Origin: Eledone cirrhosa
Taxonomy: Eukaryota
Direction: 5' to 3'
NCBI GenBank assembly: GCA_964016885.1
Contig: OZ024751.1
Location: 47,678,001-47,742,000 of the forward strand
DNA length: 64,000 bases
Part shown: piece by piece, positions 54,871 through 64,000 of the stretch
Layout: each line of letters begins with the position of its first letter
How positions within the stretch are numbered: the stretch's first letter is position 1
Position numbers and translations under genes: made by a program
The notes under the pieces: model-generated
Seen by the model: only the letters and a program-made list of their open reading frames with translations
Databases searched by the model: none
What the model was told of the DNA's origin: nothing

Positions 54871-55855
54871 TGAATGCGTGTGTGTTGTTGTTGTTGATGT
54901 GTGTTGTTGTTGATGTGTGTTGTTGTTGTCTCCGTGTGTGTGTGTTATCGTTGTTGTGTGTGTTGTTATTGTTGTTTGTGTTTGCGTGTCTGTTGTTGTT
55001 GTATCTGGGTATGTTGCTATTGTTGTTGTTGTTGATGTGTGTGTTGTTGTTATTGTTGTCTCCGTGTGTGTTGTTATTGTTGTTTGTGTCTGCGTGTCTG
55101 TTGTATCTGGGTATGTTGCTATTGTTGTTGTTGTATCTGGGTATGTTGCTATTGTTGTTGTTATTGTTGTTTGTGTCTGTGTGTCTGTTGTTGTTGGGAT
55201 GTGTGTTGTATATGTGTGTGCGTATATTGTTGCTTTTGTTTTTGTTTTTGATGCTCCAGCGTAGTTTCGTAAATGATTTTTCTATTTCTGACAGACAACT
55301 AATCATATTTACCTTCTTGAATGTTGCAAATTTGGGTGGCAGACGTAACACAGACATTTCATTATTATCTATTTCCGTGTTTCCATAAATGTTGGTATTT
55401 TCATTGTTGAACTCTTCAGATAATGAGGTGTCGGCCATGTTGATACCGTCAATTTTGTCGGGATATCTATTGGTATACTCTATAGTATCCCGATTTAGCT
55501 TTGCCTGTTTAAGCCACTTTAATTTTCTGTTAAAGTGCTTATTACATTCTTGAGTAATGTACTGTTCTTCGGGGCGTATAAGGCTTATAAATGTTAGTTT
55601 TTCTGCTGGTGTGGTGATTTTAGATATTTCTTGTATTAGGTTACGCTTTAGTTTTTCTTGATGACTTAATTCTCTATAGATCTTCTTTTTTATGTTTAGA
55701 ATTAAAGTTCGTTTTAGCCTATCTGCTTGTTTTTTGGTGAGTTGTAATCTTCTAACGTCGGTATTGATGGTGTTGGTGTAGATTCTAGAAGTGGTGCACA
55801 GTTTTATGAAGCGTAGTTGTCGAGATGTTATGGTTTTTCGTAGACAACAGAACAT
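54815..55855 (-). CDS. PLE N-terminal region (346 aa) with Asn-rich repeat; probably the same ORF as 52156-54870 before a frameshift
   Basis: EMSVLRLPPKF..EIEKSFTKLRW resembles the PLE N-terminal conserved block; overlaps the downstream ORF in another frame. Confidence 0.65.
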   Translation of the reverse strand: MFCCLRKTITSRQLRFIKLCTTSRIYTNTINTDVRRLQLTKKQADRLKRTLILNIKKKIYRELSHQEKLKRNLIQEISKITTPAEKLTFISLIRPEEQYITQECNKHFNRKLKWLKQAKLNRDTIEYTNRYPDKIDGINMADTSLSEEFNNENTNIYGNTEIDNNEMSVLRLPPKFATFKKVNMISCLSEIEKSFTKLRWSIKNKNKSNNIRTHIYNTHPNNNRHTDTNNNNNNNSNIPRYNNNNSNIPRYNRHADTNNNNNTHGDNNNNNTHINNNNNSNIPRYNNNRHANTNNNNNTHNNDNTHTRRQQQHTSTTTHINNNNTHAFNASHHHHNLNKHTNTENK

Positions 55856-56175
55856 GGTGGTTTTCAGTATCTTGTTAGCCTGGCTAAGGCTTACGATATT
55901 ATATATATATAATCCTTTTATATATTTCTTCCCTAATACTTCTATTTACTCATTTAAATATTTATGTATGTATTTATTTATTTTCTTCTTGCGTTCCTCA
56001 TATTCACCCCCTCTATATACCCATATCTCGCTCCACATCCTCTTCTTCTTTAAATTTAAGTTTATCATGTTATTATTTGTGGTATATAATGTTGAGATTT
56101 GTTGTAATAAATCACTGCCAATACTGGAATTGAACCATCAAGACCGTTGAGGTATGTCATACATCAATTCATGTA

Positions 56176-56237
56176 TTTTATCTGACGAGGACGTATTGAA
56201 AAAACATCACAATACATTCGAAATATATATAATAAAA
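56176..56237 (+). ncRNA. Hammerhead motif in a PLE-type terminus (~55910-56267)
   Basis: UUUUAU-CUGACGA-GGACGUAUUG..CAAUACAUUC-GAAAU-AUAU-AUA-AUAAAA. Confidence 0.7.
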
Positions 56238-56267
56238 CATATACTTTGATTATGTGAATGTCTTCAT

Positions 56268-56768
56268 AGGGTCGGACGCCATGCTTTCCAGCATAGTTAC
56301 GTCCCTTTATGATCTGAGTTCAAATCCCGCCGAGGTTGACTTTGCCTTTCATCCTTACGGGGTCGATAAAATAAAGTACCAGTAATGCACTGGATAATTG
56401 CTGGCCTTGTGCCTAAAGTAGAAACAATTATTATTCTGAATTATATATATATAAAGAGAGAGAGAGAGAGAGAGGGGGGGGAGATAGATCGGTTCCTTGA
56501 TTTGCTCGATCACGAAACGCGCGTCTCAGGTGAATAAGTATTAGAGTTCTATATTGATACCTGGATCTTACTATACGTGGATTGGCAGTATCGGTAGAGC
56601 GTCATACTCCCTGCTTTGCAGCATAGAGTTATGGCCCTTTACGTTCTGAGTTCAAATCCTACCGAGGTTAACTTTGTCTTTCCTCCTTACGGGGTCGATA
56701 AAATAAAGTACCAGTAATGAACTGGGGAAAAAAATTGCAGGCATTGTGCTTAAAGGAGAAACAATTAT
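56268..56768 (+). mobile_element. Two Meta-like SINEs (56268-56432, 56576-56768)
   Basis: SINE consensus. Confidence 0.85.
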
Positions 56769-57430
56769 TATTACAATATATATATATGTGTGTGTGTGAG
56801 TGCGTGTGTATGCGTGCGTGTGTGTGTGCGTGTGTGTGTGAGAGTGTGTACGTGTGTGCGTGTGTGTGTGTGTTCGATTGTGTGCGTGTGCGTGTGTGTG
56901 TGTCTGCGATTGTGTTCGTGTGTGTGTGCGCGATTGTGTGCGTGTGTGTGTGCGATTGGGTGCGTGTGTGTGTGTGCGTGTGTGCGTGCGATTGTGTGCG
57001 TGTGTGTGTGCGTGTGTGTGTGCGTGTGTGTGTGTGTGCGTGTGTGCGTGTGCGTGCGATTTTGTGCGTGCGACTGTGTGCGTGCGATTGTGTGCGATTG
57101 TGTGCGTGTGTGTGTGTGCATCGATGTATTTACAACATTCAAACCAACATTTGTGAAGGAAAAAAACAATAACAAAATGAATTATTCTAACATGAACAGT
57201 AAATAGTGACAACAGCAACAACAACAACAGCGACAACAACAACAACAGCAACAACAACAACAACTAGGACAGCAAGAACAATTACATCTAGAATGTCTTG
57301 AGTCATATGACACAGTTTAGAGTGAACTGTAAACATACATACATTCTTACATATACATACATATATACGTAAGTATATGTATATGTATATATATATACAT
57401 ACATTCATACATACACACACTCGTACATAC

Positions 57431-57493
<63 letters not shown>

Positions 57494-57556
57494 TATACGC
57501 ACACACACATACATATGCACATTTATATGTGTAGGGAGGTATATATATATATATAT

Positions 57557-57659
<103 letters not shown>

Positions 57660-57660
57660 A

Positions 57661-57737
<77 letters not shown>

Positions 57738-58186
57738 ATATGTATGCGTTTCATTATTTCTAAACAAAAGTAGAAACAATTATTTCTAAAGTCACAATTA
57801 ATCACGTTAGACGTTAGGCTAACATTTATACTTCAGTCGAACAAGCAGGGGAGACAACTGTGTACATTTCTGGAATATTAAACTTCGTTAGCGGAAATTT
57901 ATTATCAGGCACTCATTATTATCTAAGTATGTGGTCGGCACCTCTTCCTTATCTGAATCATTAATTAATCTCATTTCCTTCGCACCACTAATTGTTTCTC
58001 ACTGTAGTTAGACACTTCTACGATACCCAGTACTTCTACTGAAGTCCTATACACTCGTTCTCTTAACCTTGAATATCCTGAAATTATTTAACAGAAAATA
58101 TCTAAAAACTGGTTTGTTAATTCATATGTTTACAGTATCTTTTCTCCTGGAAAGATCTTTAAAATCATTTTATTAGAGGAAATACT

Positions 58187-58604
58187 AGGGCGATGTATTA
58201 GCAGTATCAGTAGAGAGTCGGACACCATGCTTTGCAGTATAGAGTTACGGCCCTTTATGATATGAGTTCAAATCCCGCCGAGGTTAACTTTGCCTTTCAT
58301 CCTTAAAAATAAAGTACCAGTCACGCACTGGGGTCGATTTAATCGACTTTCCCTTTCCCCCCCAAATTGCTGGCCTTGTGCTTATATAAGAAACCATTAT
58401 TAAAGGAAATACTAGGGTGGTGGCTTGGCAGTATCGGTAGAGGGTCGGACGCCATGCTTTCCAGCATAGTTATGTCCCTTTGCGGTCTGAGTTCAAATCC
58501 CACCGAGGTTAACTTTGCCTTTCATCCTTACGGGGTCGATAAAATAAAATACCAGTAATACACTGGGTAATTGATGGCCTTGTGCCAAAAGTAGAAACAA
58601 TTAT
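58187..58604 (+). mobile_element. Two tandem Meta-like SINEs (long then short subfamily)
   Basis: 58187-58397 and 58414-58601, bracketed by three copies of TATTA(A/G)AGGAAATACT. Confidence 0.9.
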
Positions 58605-58989
58605 TAAAGGAAATACTTAATTTTTAAGGTGATGAAGTCGTGGCACTGATTTGTGCTTTAAAGAATTTATTGCTAATGAAGTTTCATTCGGTGCAAAACA
58701 TTAAGAGCTAACGTCACATAAAACCAAACTCAGGCTTGGTGAACCTCCAAGCTCAAGAAGCTTTTTCTTTTTCGCTTCTATACACTGTTTATTATAGCCT
58801 GCTGTGGTTATTTCTGCCGTTCAACAGAAATTTATCTTTTACTTACATACACGTGTGTTCAACGCCATTTTATTTTCAACTTAATTAATGTTTAAGAAAG
58901 TTTAGCAAAATGTAACAGCGTGAGAATTTACAATCTCATTAGTAAGAAAGTTGTGTTCTCTCTTATTTACAAAATAATTGGCATTGTTG

Positions 58990-59390
58990 TTACCACCACC
59001 AACAACAACAACACCATCACCACCCCCGCCACAACACCAACAACAACAACAACATCACCACCCCTGCCACAACACCAACAACAACACTACCACCAACAAC
59101 AACACCGCCACAGCAACAACCCCAACACCGTCACCACCACCATAAAGCAACAACAGCACTAACACCACCACCAACAACAAACCCAACACTATCACCACCA
59201 CCAACAACAACCCCAACACTATCACCACTACCAAAATGCAACAACAACACCAACAACACCAACAATGCAACTGCTGCAGCAACAATAACAGCAACAAAAA
59301 CACCAACAACAAGAGCGGCATCAACAACAACAACAAGGCCAACATCACCACTAACAACATTAAAAACAATACTAACAGTGACACCACTAC
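58990..59390. repeat. (CAA/CAC)n low-complexity tract
   Basis: Direct reading. Confidence 0.85.
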
Positions 59391-59454
59391 CAGCCATTAC
59401 ACATGTAGAGCATCTATCTATCCATCTATCTAGAGATAATTCCTCTATCTATCC

Positions 59455-59484
<30 letters not shown>

Positions 59485-59485
<1 letters not shown>

Positions 59486-60974
59486 CCGGTGAAGTTGCTG
59501 GAGGGCCCGGTGAAGTTGCTCGGGGTCTGGTTCGGACCAGACCTCCAGGTGGAGAAGAACTGGGGTGAGGTAACGAACAGGGTGTTTGCACTGACCCAGA
59601 AGTGGGCCGAGTGCAAACTGTCCCTGAAAGGTCGGGCGGAGGTGGCGAACACTTATATAGCGTCCGTCATCTACTACCGCCTGACCGTCGTGCCTTGCCC
59701 AAGAGAAACGCTCGCCAAAATGGAACGCGCACTCTTCCAATTCCTCTGGAAGAAGCGGGCTCCTATGGTGAGGAGATCCATCTGCTGTCAACACCCTTCG
59801 AAAGGAAGGCTGGGGATGCCGGGGCTAATGATGCGTAAACACGCATTAAGGCTACGGCACCTCCAGGTATTCCTCACCGGTCAACCGGTGTGGGACCCGT
59901 TTGTGAGGCGAGCCTTTCCCAGACTCGTCTCACTTACCGAGCTGCAATCCTGGGTCAAGCAAAGACCGAGAAAACTGGGCGTCTGGCACACCGAGTGTGC
60001 CCAGGCGCTCACGGCTCTCTGGAAGGCCGACCCGGCTGTCAGTGGAGAAATCACCTCGTCATTCTATAGAGGGCTGGTGGTTAGCAGGTGCGACGACGCC
60101 CGCGGAGAAGCCCTGGGCATGGAGGAAGACGAACTGGCCAACCTGTTCGGTAGGACATTCAGCCCGGGACCCATGGATAACTTCCAGAGGTCCCTGGCCT
60201 GGCAGTGCTACCGAGGGGCTCTGCCCGTTCGAGAAAGGCTCTACAGACATGGGCGCCCGGGTAGGGACCCCTCGAAAAAGATCTGTCCCAGATACGTGCG
60301 CAACGAGGAAACCGTTGCAGACGCATTGGTACACTGCTCGGGCATTGCCGATCTGTGGGTCTATGTCGAACAACTGTTGTCAAGGGTGGGACCGATCCGG
60401 TTGACCACCGAGTCTATTGTAACGATCAAGCCACCTCCCCTCTTCAAAAACGAAGGAGAGGCGGTGTTTCTGTGCGTAATAGCCATGGCGAAAGAGGTTG
60501 TATGGTGGACGCGTCTGAAAGGACTGAGGTCAGACACATTTCTCTCTGGCCAACAACTGGTCCGTTTCTTCCGATATCATTTCGGAAGAAGGATCAGGAT
60601 GGAGAGAGAGGTGCTGCACCCCAGCCGTTTTTATGAAAGATGGGTGAAAGTGGCGAGAATGGCCCGTGTGAATGGGTCTTCACTCTACATCAGACTATAG
60701 GTGAGGAAGATGAAAGACCAAGGGAGCACCCCCTCTCTGTGCTCCTGAGTAGAAGGGTTGCACACTTTTTTTCGGGGGTGTGTGCGACCCTCCAAGGCGC
60801 CTCCTCCCTATTGAGGATTTTGTTATAAAATTTATTTTGTTATATTTTATTTTATTTTTATACTTTTATATCTTGTTATTACCTCCTCCATATTGAGGAC
60901 GCCTTTGCATGTAAACTCCCCCCCCCTTTGTACTTGTTCCACTTTTGATGCCCTGGTGGCAAATAAAAAGAAAG
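59485..60974 (+). mobile_element. Longest Tx1-like LINE copy (end of RT/thumb to 3' UTR) in (TATC)n
   Basis: VKLLGVWF..NW..W..CKLSLKGRAEVAN..FLW..GRLGMP..zf-RVT; open frame to stop at 60700; (TATC)n both sides. Confidence 0.9.
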
Positions 60975-61029
<55 letters not shown>

Positions 61030-61235
61030 GTCATCCCTCTATGTTTGTATTATTTCTATCTATCTACGCATCCCCCTATCTAACTATCCGTCCATCCATA
61101 CATCATCTATCTACCTACCCGCCCCCGTCCCTCCTTATCTATCTACCTGCTTACCTACCTACCTACCTACCTACCTACCTACCTACCTACCCATTTATTT
61201 ATCTATCTACTTACCTATCTATCTACCATTTGTAA

Positions 61236-61373
61236 CGCCTGCCTCTTATTGGGGATTTCGATTGTTAAATTTCTTTGTTTTAATAATATTTTTACACGAC
61301 TGTATGTAAAATCCCCGGCATGTGTCTTTGTATTGTCCCCTTTTCTTGTGCGCCCTTGTGGCAAATAAAGAAA
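61236..61373 (+). mobile_element. Tx1-like 3' UTR fragment with (TCTA)n tail
   Basis: Matches ~45345-45481. Confidence 0.75.
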
Positions 61374-61804
61374 TCTATCTATCTATCTATCCATCAGAAT
61401 TATCATTAAACTCTATACTCACCCCATCACTAATCACTCCAAATATGATGACTGCTGACAACTTATTTAGTCCATTGCGTGTACTCAGGACTGAGAAGTG
61501 TGGAAAAATGGATTTCACAAATTAAAACAACTAAATGAGTAACAAGCCATCTTTGACCTGACACTGTCGGCATCGGAACTTCTAATCATCGATCACATAA
61601 AAATTGCTGATATCGAATGTGTGTGTGTATGTGTGTTTGTGTATGCATGCGTGTGTATGCGAAAAGTCAACGAGGGAAAATGCAACAAGAGAACGATACA
61701 GTACAATGACGATTTATATTAGTTGAACACTTGATACAGTAGGAAAAGAGTCTTAACGTTTTGGGCGTTAGTCATTCGTCAGAATATAGAATGAAAGACT
61801 TCTC

Positions 61805-62200
61805 ATTCTTCTTCTTCGTCCACTTATTCCTGAGAGGGTCGTGGAGGCAGAGTCTCCAAACATTGCTTCCAACGAGTCCTGTCAGAATCAATCGTCTCGA
61901 ATTGATCCGTCTGGAATCCTAAGTGAGACCAGCTAAACTCATGGAAGTTACCCAACCATCTTGCTAAGGTTCAAACCCTGGATCTACGATTCTTTCCTTA
62001 GATATTCTAACTATATTCTCATAATATCGGAGCTGCCATCTCTCAATTTGGAGAAGTAGCAGCTCTACTTGAAACAACTCGCTGATCTCCGAGCTACACA
62101 CTCTAACGACTAATGTTACTCCAAAGACCGCTTGGAGGAACCCCATTTCAGCTGTTTGTATTCGCGATCGTATTCTTTCAGTCATTACCCAAGAATGACA
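61805..62200 (-). mobile_element. RTE-clade LINE 3' fragment
   Basis: SWVMTERIRSRIQTAEMGFL..V.GVTL..RV.SSEI.E..QVE.LLLQIERWQLRYY. Confidence 0.8.
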
Positions 62201-62783
62201 GAGAGAATAGGAAAAAAAGGAAGACACACACACATATATATATATATATAAATTAATAAAATAATGAATAAACAAAGAAACAGTTCCTTATATTAAAAAA
62301 TTCATCATTTTAAGATCGTTTCTAGGATATATATGTGTTAGAGTTGGTATGCATATTCTATAGATCTATGTACAATATTTATACAAACTATCAGAGGGAA
62401 TATACATACCTACACATATATATGCTGTCTTCAGAAATAATGATATTTGTTTATTGCACTTGACTCTGTTTTCCGTTTATTTTTCACCGAAAGTAGTTTT
62501 TGAATGCATCTTCTCTTTTCATGATATCCGAATTACATTGAGTTCTTCATACGGATTGGACACTACCGTAAACTTTTGGTAGATTTATCTACATATATAT
62601 ATATATATATATATAAGGTAGAACCCTGGAAGGTAATATACGTAGTAGTAGAACACTCAGTCCATGGGACGAGTTTGGTAGAAGTAGTAAAACAACAGTT
62701 AATTGACCATACCGAACTCGGTATGGTGAATTAACATTTGTACTGCATCTTCGCTTCCACGTTGTTTTTTGTTTACTGTCGCA

Positions 62784-62864
<81 letters not shown>

Positions 62865-64000
62865 TAGCTATCAATAAATATATATATATATATATATAGT
62901 TAGAGAAGCAAAAAATTGCTTATTGTGATCCAGTTTTTGGTTAAGAAAGCCAGTTTCATGGATGGTTTCAACGTACGGTTAGGGGTAACTCCACAAGTTT
63001 GTAAGAATTCCGTTCAATCTTGGAGTATAAAGTATAAAAGAGAAAACACAGGTAAGCATTAAGAGAAGGATTTTATCCAGGTATTTACGACCGTTTCATT
63101 GGTAAGTGCAACCTTATATTGCTATACTGCAAATAGCAGCCACTCAATTATAATTGTTGTTCACAGACCAAATTTTCAAAATAGTAAGTTACTCTTGAAA
63201 TAATTCTTAATATATAGAGAAAAACATTTATTTGGAATTGTATTTACTAGTATAGAGAGAGAGGAATCAGGAGGTGAGGGGACAGACGGAATAGTATATA
63301 GAGAGAGAGGAAGGGAGAAGAGGTAGGAAGTAGAATGACAAACTGAGATGGATGGAGGGGTAGAGGTGGAAGGATTCCTTGGTCAGTTTTTATAGCAGAC
63401 TTCATGTCGTGGAATGTAGTGAGTTAAAGAGAATTAAATTGATCATAGTGGGAGGGATGGATAGAGAGGGAGAGAGGGGGGGGGGCGATATAAAGAGATA
63501 AATATATATATATATAAATTTTAGTACAGCATTGACGAAACTCTAGTATACGGCCAAGCTAGCGTGTATGCATATTCGGTCTGTAGCTTTTGCACTCAGA
63601 TGAGGTAAGACCCCAGAGTAATAACATTACGTTCAGAAAAGCTTAGCAAATCAGATATAGCAGTCGGCAGTCCGACCGCATTACCAGAGCAACGAAAATA
63701 CAGGACCCAGAAAAAGATTTTATACTGACCTGGACATAACGCTGAGGCTGAGTGTAAATTATACAACCCACATGGTGTATTCACAATATAGATTGTAATA
63801 TCGCACGCAACATCAACGCTAAGTTTCTGCTAATCCATGATCGACAAATTCCTATTGCAGGAGTCTGCAATATAATGGTTTTTGACGACAGAACATAGGA
63901 TCTACTTCTTCAGCAAGTCTTTCGTTCTTAGCCAAAGCGGGTATGTTGTAACTTTAAAGGTATCTTTATTTTTTATATATATATATCTCCCTTGGAGAAA

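Larger units (their letters stand above)
51652..55900 (-). mobile_element. Near-complete Penelope-like retroelement (C-terminal GIY-YIG; Cys-rich linker as in Neptune-type) in (TA)n
   Basis: Two overlapping ORFs (RT, EN), 3' UTR with HHR at 51808-51852, (TA)n at both ends. Confidence 0.9.

Noticed and set aside
52360-55388. Plus-strand ORFs overlapping the PLE
   Set aside because: Antisense shadows of the RT ORF and its (AAC)n repeats.
52156-55855. Selenocysteine recoding or Naiad-type PLE
   Set aside because: The endonuclease is C-terminal and the RT/EN ORF has no in-frame TGA; the break is a frameshift.
63590-63965. Complex sequence near the window end as a possible exon
   Set aside because: Frequent stops and no recognisable domain.

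Overview
AT-rich, microsatellite-saturated eukaryotic DNA with no supportable host gene exon. The SINE families and repeat content suggest a cephalopod (octopus-like) genome; this is inference. Almost all complex sequence is transposon-derived. (i) A near-complete Penelope-like retroelement (PLE; RT plus C-terminal GIY-YIG) at ~51.65-55.9 kb (-) and a degenerate PLE of a different clade at ~10.1-12.6 kb (-). (ii) Many short PLE-type 3' termini sitting in (TA)n tracts, often as fold-back palindromes and carrying minimal type I hammerhead ribozyme (HHR) motifs: by eye about 18 with an intact CUGANGA+GAAA core and about 10 degenerate or partial ones. (iii) Eight 5'-truncated Tx1/L1-clade LINE copies, seven of them abutting (TATC)n/(GATA)n in a fixed orientation. 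(iv) RTE fragments and a bipartite non-autonomous RTE in (ATGT)n. (v) An R4/Dong-like RLE fragment. (vi) A non-autonomous Helitron with two 3' ends. (vii) More than 20 tRNA-derived SINE pieces, small Tc1/mariner-like MITEs, and 72-, 46- and 37-bp minisatellites. The most notable signals are the dense HHR-bearing palindromic or tandem mini-elements, the partitioning of microsatellite types among retroelement families, and repeated inverted duplications centred on (TA)n. All calls were read by eye; no searches were run.
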